A DNA stretch of 64,000 bases, taken from an uncultured Solirubrobacterales bacterium. Its GTDB lineage: Bacteria > Actinomycetota > Thermoleophilia > Solirubrobacterales > JBBDJG01. The stretch covers positions 171,103 through 235,102 of the forward strand of contig CAVZDP010000009.1 of NCBI GenBank assembly GCA_963774075.1. Reading direction: 5' to 3'. Positions 17,601 through 28,306 of this stretch are shown piece after piece; positions within the stretch are counted from its first letter, which is position 1, and each line of letters opens with the position of its first letter. The notes below the pieces were generated by a model that did no database searches, had not been told where the DNA came from, and worked only from the letters and a program-made list of their open reading frames with translations. The translations under genes were made by a program, and so were the position numbers.

Positions 17601-18052
17601 GGGCCTTCGCCAACGGCGGCGACGGCATCGACGTCACCGGCAACACCAACCGCCTGCTGAAGAACGTCGCCGGCGACTCGGGCAAGGGCAACGGGGCCGA
17701 CGGCATTCACCTCGCGGGCTCCGGGGCGACGATTCAGGAGAACAAGGCCAGCAGCAACAAGACGACCAGCACGACCGGTGACGGGTTCGACATCAGCGGC
17801 GGCGTGAGCGCCGCTCCGAACAAGCTGAAGAACAACTCCAGCAACACCGGATCCTCGGGAAGCTCGACCCACGAGAACGGCGGCGCAGAGTACCGCCTGC
17901 TCAACTACGTGCGAAACGACGGGGGTGGCAACAAGGCCGACGGCGTAGTCGTCCCCAAGACGACGAGCCCGGTGAAGTGCAATGCCGGCGCCACTCAGTT
18001 CCCGGCCATGAATGTCACGCTCAACCTCATGTCGGCGACCGCGTGCGAGTAG
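14657..18052 (+). CDS. Giant secreted surface protein 3 (N-terminal ~745 aa identical to protein 2, different PbH1 C-terminal cassette B)
   Basis: 1131-aa ORF starting MTKRLKLLSSLVLATG. Diverges from gene 2 right after ...HEGNDFGN. C-terminal tail KCNAGATQFPAMN...ACE is homologous to the gene 2 tail. Confidence 0.85.
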   Translation: MTKRLKLLSSLVLATGLLAVLAPSQAAAHPDPDCTALGGVITLADECEVQSSQTAKAGTYNIFHTLIIKAGVQIDATTPGTGGITINISGAGNDLVMESGSAIEANDPSSPPNDSARPITITVPDDMTMMAGSTLAENNSQGGSGADISLTIGDDFTMQSGSEISSSRNAGTTTGSGGDIAIDVGGDMLMEANTIIHADGQNPAAGDVTINVDGDMTMKGTAGPLAGAIISATGSFGDTAGDITIHVGNFPNIPPTGVFTQETGAVVTASSGGPAGEIIITAGREMSVDGSVLSESGQSGTGAIQPPGGGPITLQAGCGLTVSDTGLVSSRGQDPGADLVHLEACEVLIQGVVRSFAPGAGHVIPTGGNRCNDDTTAHPTNGAAGFTGCVEIWAKNVTIDNTGTHNGEVHTDGIRNPMRGWVDVFAQKDVSILGDPTTPYPTTFDANAFVYTPPYAVHANACPASDGQAPCSNSFGGLITVKSLDGKVAASGRALQATATALGADGGDIVVEAGGAAPAGEVDLDSASLQATGPSGSNTAGGSVSVRSWEDDVLGVPPGEIKVAGDGLTDPGTITLTACMDVNYTGSTDRTPTVNEGAPFCGTGPTIPASVLSNFALRAALWDACDPQEGVKKGQKFNDLDGDGVKDAGEPGLPNWTIHIFGTTNDNVVVHEDILTDANGNYEITLPPGTYTACEELQTGWVQTFPNPGSDGNACEGHNHLGSPGAAGYTFTIVGGDTHEGNDFGNRKLECEKGPVKDVLNPTTGRFPGNAGPDVIVRIDLGQSVQDAVDNVSDVNGDQKLIILVLKDGTGQLGGHTSQEVVIDDAYSLPFGLIGCSVTLHDPTPNDANPTIRIASSAGSPQNIFLMDLHAADSKAAGIAVEGNGRYLRNENVLNNAVGFKITGNANTVHNGAATGNTGAGANVQGDSNVLTDTDSYSNGVGFQVTGNNNQLLKLDAGDKGKGNLGDGVNVNGANNLLSEIGAFANGGDGIDVTGNTNRLLKNVAGDSGKGNGADGIHLAGSGATIQENKASSNKTTSTTGDGFDISGGVSAAPNKLKNNSSNTGSSGSSTHENGGAEYRLLNYVRNDGGGNKADGVVVPKTTSPVKCNAGATQFPAMNVTLNLMSATACE
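14687..16894 (+). repeat. Copy B of the 2208-bp perfect segmental duplication
   Basis: See 11327-13534. Confidence 0.9.
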
Positions 18053-18150
18053 TGGAGCCCTGCACTTGACAGCCAAACCCCGACAGCGAGAAGGTAGCGA
18101 TGGCAAGGTTGCACGCGAGCCGGGTCGGGCTCGCCACGTCAGGAGGACAC

Positions 18151-18180
18151 ATGTATCTCACATCCGAGCGCCTCAGGTGA
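18151..18180 (+). other. 9-codon upstream ORF (MYLTSERLR) with a strong SD; its stop overlaps the GTG start of giant gene 4
   Basis: AGGAGG at 18141-18146, ATG at 18151 in the +1 frame relative to the giant ORF. TGA at 18178-18180 overlaps GTG at 18177-18179 (GTGA). Alternatively this is another 1-nt indel and 18151 is the true start. Confidence 0.3.
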
Positions 18181-20168
18181 ATCGTTCCAAGGGTGGGAGT
18201 CGCCGCGGCCGCGGCGTCGTGACTCTCCTGGCAACGCTCGTCCTGTCGGCTGTTTTCGCAGGGTCGGCCTCGGCCGACCAGGCCGGCTGCGACCTGGGCA
18301 CCTACAACGTGATCTTTGACGAGTGCCAGATCTCCGGTCCCACGACGGCCACCGGAGTGAAGAACTTCCACCACTCGGTGCACATGCTGCCCGGCTCGAG
18401 CATCAATGCGAGCGGAGGCGGAATCACCCTCAACATCAATGGCGCCTCCGGGCTCGACTTCACGATGGACACGACCAGCTCCGTCATCGAGGCCAACGAC
18501 GATGGCCTGCCCTCGGGTGCGAGCGCGAGCCCAATCAACATCAACGCGACCGGCGACATGGAGATGCAGGCCGGCGCCAGGATCCTCGCCGAGAACGCGA
18601 ACAACGGCGGAAGCGGCGGCAACATCACGATCGACGTCGACGGCGACCTGACGATGGCCGGAGCGGTCGGGCTGGTGCCGGGCGCGATCATCTCGACTCG
18701 CAAGTCCGCTGGCGCCGGCGACACAGGCTTGGGGGGCAACATTACGATCATGGTCGGCGACTCCACGGCGGCGACCGGCACCTTCTTCATGGGCGGCGGC
18801 TCCACCACCTACGGCGCGGAGACCGGCGCGAAGCTGATCGCCACCGGCACAGGACCGGCCGGTGACATAACGGTCAACGCCGGCCGCACCTATACGACCG
18901 AGCCCGGCTCGGTCGTCGAGGCGGGGGATGGCAACGGGACCACGGTCCAGCAGGGCGGCAAGATCTTTCTCGCCTCCGGCTGCGGCCTGACGACCAAGGG
19001 CCGCGTGACCAGCAAGGGCACGGACCCGGGCGCCGACCTCGTTCACATCGAGGCCTGCGACGTCCTCATCGCCGGCCTCGTCGAGTCGACCGGCAGGGCG
19101 CACGCGACCGGGATCAGGAACAGCTGCGACAACGTGAACGACGGCCTCGCCGGGGAGGTCCTCCGGCCCGGCAAGCCGGCTGAGTCGACGGCCTGCATCG
19201 AGGTCTGGGCCAACAACGTCACCATCGACTCGACCAACGGCAACGCCGGCGAGCTGAACGCGGACATCGGCAACGGGGGGAGCGGGGGCAGATCATGGAT
19301 AGACGTCTTTGCCTTCACCGACCTGACTGTCAAGGACGGCAGCGGCAACAACCGCACCAGCAGCAACGGCGGCGGTTCCTACCTGAACACCTTCGCGGTG
19401 CACGCGAAGTCGATCGGTGGCTCTGACAACACTCCGAACACGATCACCGCCAAGGCCAAGACGGGCGTGCTGACGGTTACCGGCGACGCCTTCCAAGCGG
19501 GCTCGGACGGCAATGGCTCCAACGGCGGCTCGATCGTGCTTCAGAGCTCCGGCAACGCCACCCTGGATACCTCGCTCGAGGCGTCCTCCGGCGGCGGTGC
19601 TGCGGGCGACGGCGGCTCGATCGCGGTCAGGTCGTTCAACGGCAACATCAGCTGGCAGAACGGCGAGGGCGACGTCACTGGGAGCCCAAACGGGACGATC
19701 TCGCTGACCTCCTGCGGCACGGTCAACACCGCCGGGTCGAACTTCCACAGCGTGTCTGTCACGACGGCGAGTTCCTGCGGCGGCATGCCCTCGATCCCCG
19801 GGGTGAGCCCCGACTACACGAATGGTTTCTTCGACAGCGCCACGCGCTGGGACAATTGCAACGAAGAGGGAACGATCATCGTCGAGAAGCAGACCGTCCC
19901 GGACGGTGCGACGGGCAACTTCACGTTCACGGGCGACGCGGCCGGCACGATCTCCGACGGCCAGCAGATCGTCGTATCCGGGCTGACAGCCGGTACCTAC
20001 ACCTCCACGGAGGCAGACCCCTCGCCGGGTTTCGACCTCACCGACATTCAGTGCACGGACTCTGACAACGCGGGCGTTGCGAGCTCGGGCGACACTCAGA
20101 CTCGAACGGCGACGATCAACCTCGACCCCGGCGAGACCGTCAGCTGCACGTTCGAGAACACCGAGCGC

Positions 20169-23100
20169 GGCAAGGTCGTGATCACCAAGGACACGATCCC
20201 CAACGGCCCCCAGGACTTCACCTACACCGACACCATCCCCAACGGCTGCCAGATCGGCCCCCTCGACGACGACTCCGACAACACCAACCCCAACAACACG
20301 ACCTGCCTCAACGTCACCCCCGGCACCTACAGCGTGACCGAGGACGACCCGACGCCGGGCTTCGACCTCACCGACCTCACCTGCACCGACTCTGACGCCG
20401 GCGGCACCGACTCCACGGGCTCGACCGCCACCCGCACGGCGACGATCAACCTCGACCCCGGCGAGACCGTCAGCTGCACGTTCGAGAACACCGAGCGCGG
20501 CAAGGTCGTGATCACCAAGGACACGATCCCCAACGGCCCCCAGGACTTCACCTACACCGACACCATCCCCAACGGCTGCCAGATCGGCCCCCTCGACGAC
20601 GACTCCGACAACACCAACCCCAACAACACGACCTGCCTCAACGTCACCCCCGGCACCTACAGCGTGACCGAGGACGACCCGACGCCGGGCTTCGACCTCA
20701 CCGACCTCACCTGCACCGACTCTGACGCCGGCGGCACCGACTCCACGGGCTCGACCGCCACCCGCACGGCGACGATCAACCTCGACCCCGGCGAGACCGT
20801 CAGCTGCACGTTCGAGAACACCGAGCGCGGCAAGGTCGTGATCACCAAGGACACGATCCCCAACGGCCCCCAGGACTTCACCTACACCGACACCATCCCC
20901 AACGGCTGCCAGATCGGCCCCCTCGACGACGACTCCGACAACACCAACCCCAACAACACGACCTGCCTCAACGTCACCCCCGGCACCTACAGCGTGACCG
21001 AGGACGACCCGACGCCGGGCTTCGACCTCACCGACCTCACCTGCACCGACTCTGACGCCGGCGGCACCGACTCCACGGGCTCGACCGCCACCCGCACGGC
21101 GACGATCAACCTCGACCCCGGCGAGACCGTCAGCTGCACGTTCGAGAACACCGAGCGCGGCAAGGTCGTGATCACCAAGGACACGATCCCCAACGGCCCC
21201 CAGGACTTCACCTACACCGACACCATCCCCAACGGCTGCCAGATCGGCCCCCTCGACGACGACTCCGACAACACCAACCCCAACAACACGACCTGCCTCA
21301 ACGTCACCCCCGGCACCTACAGCGTGACCGAGGACGACCCGACGCCGGGCTTCGACCTCACCGACCTCACCTGCACCGACTCTGACGCCGGCGGCACCGA
21401 CTCCACGGGCTCGACCGCCACCCGCACGGCGACGATCAACCTCGACCCCGGCGAGACCGTCAGCTGCACGTTCGAGAACACCGAGCGCGGCAAGGTCGTG
21501 ATCACCAAGGACACGATCCCCAACGGCCCCCAGGACTTCACCTACACCGACACCATCCCCAACGGCTGCCAGATCGGCCCCCTCGACGACGACTCCGACA
21601 ACACCAACCCCAACAACACGACCTGCCTCAACGTCACCCCCGGCACCTACAGCGTGACCGAGGACGACCCGACGCCGGGCTTCGACCTCACCGACCTCAC
21701 CTGCACCGACTCTGACGCCGGCGGCACCGACTCCACGGGCTCGACCGCCACCCGCACGGCGACGATCAACCTCGACCCCGGCGAGACCGTCAGCTGCACG
21801 TTCGAGAACACCGAGCGCGGCAAGGTCGTGATCACCAAGGACACGATCCCCAACGGCCCCCAGGACTTCACCTACACCGACACCATCCCCAACGGCTGCC
21901 AGATCGGCCCCCTCGACGACGACTCCGACAACACCAACCCCAACAACACGACCTGCCTCAACGTCACCCCCGGCACCTACAGCGTGACCGAGGACGACCC
22001 GACGCCGGGCTTCGACCTCACCGACCTCACCTGCACCGACTCTGACGCCGGCGGCACCGACTCCACGGGCTCGACCGCCACCCGCACGGCGACGATCAAC
22101 CTCGACCCCGGCGAGACCGTCAGCTGCACGTTCGAGAACACCGAGCGCGGCAAGGTCGTGATCACCAAGGACACGATCCCCAACGGCCCCCAGGACTTCA
22201 CCTACACCGACACCATCCCCAACGGCTGCCAGATCGGCCCCCTCGACGACGACTCCGACAACACCAACCCCAACAACACGACCTGCCTCAACGTCACCCC
22301 CGGCACCTACAGCGTGACCGAGGACGACCCGACGCCGGGCTTCGACCTCACCGACCTCACCTGCACCGACTCTGACGCCGGCGGCACCGACTCCACGGGC
22401 TCGACCGCCACCCGCACGGCGACGATCAACCTCGACCCCGGCGAGACCGTCAGCTGCACGTTCGAGAACACCGAGCGCGGCAAGGTCGTGATCACCAAGG
22501 ACACGATCCCCAACGGCCCCCAGGACTTCACCTACACCGACACCATCCCCAACGGCTGCCAGATCGGCCCCCTCGACGACGACTCCGACAACACCAACCC
22601 CAACAACACGACCTGCCTCAACGTCACCCCCGGCACCTACAGCGTGACCGAGGACGACCCGACGCCGGGCTTCGACCTCACCGACCTCACCTGCACCGAC
22701 TCTGACGCCGGCGGCACCGACTCCACGGGCTCGACCGCCACCCGCACGGCGACGATCAACCTCGACCCCGGCGAGACCGTCAGCTGCACGTTCGAGAACA
22801 CCGAGCGCGGCAAGGTCGTGATCACCAAGGACACGATCCCCAACGGCCCCCAGGACTTCACCTACACCGACACCATCCCCAACGGCTGCCAGATCGGCCC
22901 CCTCGACGACGACTCCGACAACACCAACCCCAACAACACGACCTGCCTCAACGTCACCCCCGGCACCTACAGCGTGACCGAGGACGACCCGACGCCGGGC
23001 TTCGACCTCACCGACCTCACCTGCACCGACTCTGACGCCGGCGGCACCGACTCCACGGGCTCGACCGCCACCCGCACGGCGACGATCAACCTCGACCCCG

Positions 23101-24455
23101 GCGAGACCGTCAGCTGCACGTTCGAGAACACCGAGCGCGGCAAGGTCGTGATCACCAAGGACACGATCCCCAACGGCCCCCAGGACTTCACCTACACCGA
23201 CACCATCCCCAACGGCTGCCAGATCGGCCCCCTCGACGACGACTCCGACAACACCAACCCCAACAACACGACCTGCCTCAACGTCACCCCCGGCACCTAC
23301 AGCGTGACCGAGGACGACCCGACGCCGGGCTTCGACCTCACCGACCTCACCTGCACCGACTCTGACGCCGGCGGCACCGACTCCACGGGCTCGACCGCCA
23401 CCCGCACGGCGACGATCAACCTCGACCCCGGCGAGACCGTCAGCTGCACGTTCGAGAACACCGAGCGCGGCAAGGTCGTGATCACCAAGGACACGATCCC
23501 CAACGGCCCCCAGGACTTCACCTACACCGACACCATCCCCAACGGCTGCCAGATCGGCCCCCTCGACGACGACTCCGACAACACCAACCCCAACAACACG
23601 ACCTGCCTCAACGTCACCCCCGGCACCTACAGCGTGACCGAGGACGACCCGACGCCGGGCTTCGACCTCACCGACCTCACCTGCACCGACTCTGACGCCG
23701 GCGGCACCGACTCCACGGGCTCGACCGCCACCCGCACGGCGACGATCAACCTCGACCCCGGCGAGACCGTCAGCTGCACGTTCGAGAACACCGAGCGCGG
23801 CAAGGTCGTGATCACCAAGGACACGATCCCCAACGGCCCCCAGGACTTCACCTACACCGACACCATCCCCAACGGCTGCCAGATCGGCCCCCTCGACGAC
23901 GACTCCGACAACACCAACCCCAACAACACGACCTGCCTCAACGTCACCCCCGGCACCTACAGCGTGACCGAGGACGACCCGACGCCGGGCTTCGACCTCA
24001 CCGACCTCACCTGCACCGACTCTGACGCCGGCGGCACCGACTCCACGGGCTCGACCGCCACCCGCACGGCGACGATCAACCTCGACCCCGGCGAGACCGT
24101 CAGCTGCACGTTCGAGAACACCGAGCGCGGCAAGGTCGTGATCACCAAGGACACGATCCCCAACGGCCCCCAGGACTTCACCTACACCGACACCATCCCC
24201 AACGGCTGCCAGATCGGCCCCCTCGACGACGACTCCGACAACACCAACCCCAACAACACGACCTGCCTCAACGTCACCCCCGGCACCTACAGCGTGACCG
24301 AGGACGACCCGACGCCGGGCTTCGACCTCACCGACCTCACCTGCACCGACTCTGACGCCGGCGGCACCGACTCCACGGGCTCGACCGCCACCCGCACGGC
24401 GACGATCAACCTCGACCCCGGCGAGACCGTCAGCTGCACGTTCGAGAACACCGAG
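20169..24455 (+). repeat. 13 x 330-bp nucleotide-identical in-frame tandem repeat (110 aa per unit; the last unit lacks its final codon)
   Basis: Units start at 20169 + n*330. Identical antisense 74-aa pseudo-ORFs recur at 20327...23957, plus a variant at 24287. A diverged unit 0 lies at ~19870-20168. Confidence 0.95.
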
Positions 24456-26161
24456 GACGCCACCGTCACGATCACCAAGGACGCGATCCCGGACGGTCCG
24501 CCAGGACTTCAGCTTCAGCGACCACCGGCCTCAACGGCGCCTGATCGGCCCTTCACGCTCGAGCGACGACGGCAACGAGACAAACGAGCCGGCGACTCCC
24601 GGCACCGGCGGCGACTGGCCGAAGACCAAGAAGTTCACGTTCTCCGGCTCCGACTTCGGAGCGAAGACGATCACCGGGTCGGTCCCGAGCGGCTGGACGA
24701 ACTCCGCCTACAGCTTGCTCCGAGGGCACCAAGAGTGGAACGACGACCGCGAACTTCACGGTCGACCCAGGCGACACGATCAGCGTGCAACTACGAGAAC
24801 ACCAAGGACGCCACCGTCACGATCACCAAGGACGCGATCCCGGATTCCGGCCAGGACTTCCGCTTCTCGACCACCGGCTCAGGCCTCGCGCCCTTCACGC
24901 TCGAGGACGACGGCAACGAGACAAACGAGCCGGCGACTCCCGGCACCGGCGGCGACTGGCCGAAGACCAAGAAGTTCACGTTCACTGGCTCCGACTTCGG
25001 GCGAAGACGATCACCGAGTCGTCCCGCGCGGCTGGACGAACTCCGCCTACAGTTGCTCCGAGGGCACCAAGAGTGGAACGACGACCGCGAACTTCACGGT
25101 CGACCCAGGCGACACGATCACGTGCAACTACGAGAACACCAAGGACGCCACCGTCACGATCACCAAGGACGCGATCCCGGACTCAGGCCAGGACTTCAGC
25201 TTCACGACCTCCGGCTCGGGCCTCTCGAGCTTCACGCTCGAGGACGACGGCAACGAGACAAACGAGCCGGCGACTCCCGGCACCGGCGGCGACTGGCCGA
25301 AGACCAAGAAGTTCACGTTCTCCGGCTCCGACTTCGGAGCGAAGACGATCACCGAGTCGGTCCCGAGCGGCTGGACGAACTCCGCCTACAGCTGCTCCGA
25401 GGGCACCAAGAGTGGAACGACGACCGCGAACTTCACGGTCGACCCAGGCGACACGATCACGTGCAACTACGAGAACAAGAAGAACGCGACCATCACGATC
25501 ACCAAGGACGCGATCCCGGATAGCGCGCAGAACTTCCCCTTCGGCTCTACTGGCCTCGCCCCATTCACGCTCGAGGACGACGGCAACGAGACAAACGAGC
25601 CGGCGACTCCCGGCACCGGCGGCGACTGGCCGAAGACCAAGAAGTTCACGGTCACTGGCTCCAACTACCCCTTCGGGCAGAAGACGATCACCGAGGTCGT
25701 CCCCGCAGGCTGGACGAACTCCGCCTACAGTTGCTCCGAGGGCACCAAGAGTGGAACGACGACCGCGAACTTCACGGTCGACCCAGGCGACACGATCACG
25801 TGCAACTACGAGAACACCAAGGACGCCACCGTCACGATCACCAAGGACGCGATCCCGGATTCCGGCCAGGACTTCAGCTTCTCGACCACCGGCTCAGGCC
25901 TTCGGGCCCTTCACGCTCGAGGACGACGGCAACGAGACAAACGAGCCGGCGACTCCCGGCACCGGCGGCGACTGGCCGAAGACCAAGAAGTTCACGTTCT
26001 CCGGCTCCGACTTCGGAGCGAAGACGATCACCGAGTCGGTCCCGAGCGGCTGGACGAACTCCGCCTACAGCTGCTCCGAGGGCACCAAGAGTGGAACGAC
26101 GACCGCGAACTTCACGGTCGACCCAGGCGACACGATCACGTGCAACTACGAGAACAAGAAG
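24456..26161 (+). repeat. Second repeat family R2, 5 units of ~339 bp (113 aa: DATVTITKDAIPDSGQDF...DDGNETNEPATPGTGGDWPKTKKFTF...CSEGTKSGTTTANFTVDPGDTITCNYENTK), imperfect and carrying indels
   Basis: Unit starts are 24456, 24807, 25144, 25483 and 25822. Unit lengths are 351, 337, 339, 339 and 340 bp. Confidence 0.85.
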
Positions 26162-27150
26162 AACGCGACCGTGACGGTCTACAAGTACAAGGACCTCAAC
26201 GGCAGCGGCAGCAAGGACCCGAGCGAGCCCTTCCTCAGCGGCTGGACCATCAAGATCTACCAGGGATCGTCGACCACGCCGCTGGCGACCCAGACCACGA
26301 ACGGCTCGGGGCAGGCGACCTTCTCGGTGAAGCCCGACCAGGCCTATCGCATCTGTGAGACGCTCCAGTCGGGATGGTTCAACACCGACCCCGGCGATGT
26401 GCCGCAGGGCACCGATCCGTGCAAGATGACAACCACCCTGGGAGCGGACCAGGCAGCCATCCTCTACTTCGGCAATCGCAAGGCGCTGACCACGGGTGCG
26501 AGAACGAAGGGCTTCTGGCGCAACAACAACGGGCAGGGCGTCATCACGGCGTCCTGTAGCCCCAGCGGCAAGCCATCGCTGTACTCGTTCCTAACGCAGT
26601 ACAACCCGTTCAAAGACCTGACATCCAGCAGCTGCAGTGCGATTGCCGGCTACGTCACGAACATCGTCGACGCGGCCGACTCATCGGGTACCTCGATGAA
26701 CCCGATGCTGAAGGCCCAGATGCTCTCTACCGCGCTTGACGTCTACTTCAGCGACCCCGCCCTGGGCTGGTCGTCCAGCGTGAACTCCTTCATCCCGAAC
26801 ACGACGATAGGTGGCATCACCATCGACCTTCAACACGTCTGCGCCATGTTCGACAGCAGCGCCGACCCTGCGGTCTGCACGGGCTCGTTCCGCGACGCGG
26901 GCGAGTGTGCGTTCGGCGGTGCCGACAGCATGACGGTGTCGCAGATGCTGGCCTATGCAGCGAGTAAAGCGGCGGTGGCGACATCGGCCAACCCGCTCGC
27001 CTCGCCCTGGTACGAGCAGGTCAAGACGACCCAGGAGTGCGCCAAGGACGCATTCGATGCCATCAACAACGAGGTTGCGTTCGGCCCGTAACGCAGCGCT
27101 TTGACTCCACGCACCCGATCGCGCCGGTTTCTGGGTAGGGTTCCTACGCG

Positions 27151-27624
27151 GTGACGACACCGAACGAGAGCCTCATCGAGCGCTTCTACGGCGCGTTCGC
27201 CGAGCGCGACGGCGCCGGAATGTCGGCCTGCTACGCGCCCGACGTGACGTTCTCCGATCCCGTCTTCCCGGATCTTCGCGGTGACGAGGCCGGGGCGATG
27301 TGGCGCATGCTGACGGCGCGCGCGAACGATCTGCGCATCGAGTTGCTCGAACGCGAGGCCGACGACGAGCGCGGGTCGGCACACTGGCGCGCCCATTACA
27401 CGTTCACCCAGACCGGGCGGCCGGTCGTCAACGACATTCGCGCCTCGTTCCGGTTCTCCGACGGGCGCATCGTCGAGCACCGTGACGAGTTCGACTTCCA
27501 TCGCTGGGCTCGGCAGGCGCTGGGCACAACCGGTCTCCTGTTGGGCTGGACGCCGATCGTGCGGAACGGCGTGCGGCGCCGTGCCGCGGCCGGACTGGAG
27601 GAGTTCCGCGCGGAGCCGGGCTGA
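27151..27624 (+). CDS. NTF2/SnoaL-like family protein
   Basis: 157-aa ORF. The opening LIERFYGAFAERDGAGMSACYAPDVTFSDPVF is typical of SnoaL-like polyketide-cyclase-fold proteins. GTG start. Confidence 0.75.
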   Translation: MTTPNESLIERFYGAFAERDGAGMSACYAPDVTFSDPVFPDLRGDEAGAMWRMLTARANDLRIELLEREADDERGSAHWRAHYTFTQTGRPVVNDIRASFRFSDGRIVEHRDEFDFHRWARQALGTTGLLLGWTPIVRNGVRRRAAAGLEEFRAEPG

Positions 27625-27627
27625 GAG

Positions 27628-27936
27628 GTGCTCGTCGTGATCGGTCGGGTTCAGTGCGCGCCCGAGCAGCGGGACGAGCTGGTCGCCCTCTTCGAGAAGA
27701 TGCAGTCCGACTCCCGTCGCGAGGACGGCTGCCTGCGGTACGGCTTCTTCGCCGCGGTGGAGGATCACCTCAGCTTCGTCGCCGTGGAGGAGTGGGCGGA
27801 TCAGGAGGCGCTCGATCGCCACTTCTGGGAGCCGCACCTACACGAGTTCGCCGCCCGCCTGCTGGAATTGGTATCGGCGCCGCCGGAGGTCGCGATTCAC
27901 GAGATCGCCGACACCAAGCCGTTTCCGGGGCGATGA
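27628..27936 (+). CDS. Antibiotic biosynthesis monooxygenase (ABM) domain protein
   Basis: 102-aa ORF. Pattern VIGRV...EQRDELVALFEKMQ...EDGCLRY...VEEWADQEALDRH is typical of the ABM/YgiN family. GAGAGG RBS before the GTG. Confidence 0.75.
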   Translation: MLVVIGRVQCAPEQRDELVALFEKMQSDSRREDGCLRYGFFAAVEDHLSFVAVEEWADQEALDRHFWEPHLHEFAARLLELVSAPPEVAIHEIADTKPFPGR

Positions 27937-28050
27937 TCCAGGGCGCCCTTGTCGCGCCGACGAATCGCGCCTGAACGTCAGCGGCGATGCCGCGATCATC
28001 CTCAATCTGCTCTCTGCGGGAGCCGCGTATGGAGTGCTGGTCCTGGTGTT

Positions 28051-28293
28051 TCAGGAGGGGTGGGGGGAGTCACTGCTCGGCTTCACCTCCTCGGTGGTCG
28101 CGCCATCCGATTCCGCACGCTTGGCGGCTTCACGCATCTCGAAGACATCGGTCGCCCAGTCGCCGAGCTCGCGCGTGACGTCACGCACGGCTCCGACAAC
28201 GATCCCCATGATCTGCCCGACGTGTGTGGCGCCGGACTCGATAGCCACCTGCAGGGTGTCCTTGCGGACTTCGATTCTCTCTAACGGGGCCAT
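28051..28293 (-). CDS. Small hypothetical protein (80 aa)
   Basis: Protein-like composition. Starts 13 nt after the desaturase stop on the same strand. The RBS is weak. No family recognised. Confidence 0.4.
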   Translation of the reverse strand: MAPLERIEVRKDTLQVAIESGATHVGQIMGIVVGAVRDVTRELGDWATDVFEMREAAKRAESDGATTEEVKPSSDSPHPS

Positions 28294-28306
28294 CCCCTGA
28301 AGGATC

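Larger units (their letters stand above)
18177..27091 (+). pseudogene. Giant secreted surface protein 4, frame-disrupted as assembled (beta-helix-like N-domain, 1+13 R1 repeats, 5 R2 repeats, SdrD-B-like domain, Cys-rich C-terminal domain)
   Basis: The N-domain is homologous to genes 2/3 (GGGITLNING..., DPGADLVHIEACDVLI). The reading frame must switch among all three + frames between 24.5 and 25.9 kb to keep repeat homology (ORFs 18012..25523, 24715..26358, 24785..27091). As assembled, the ORF from 18177 stops at 25523. The restored product would be ~2970 aa. Confidence 0.7.

Noticed and set aside
7318-24455. Regular repeat arrays considered as CRISPR
   Set aside because: Units are 321 and 330 bp, directly abutting with no spacers, in frame inside long ORFs. 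No cas genes are present in the window.
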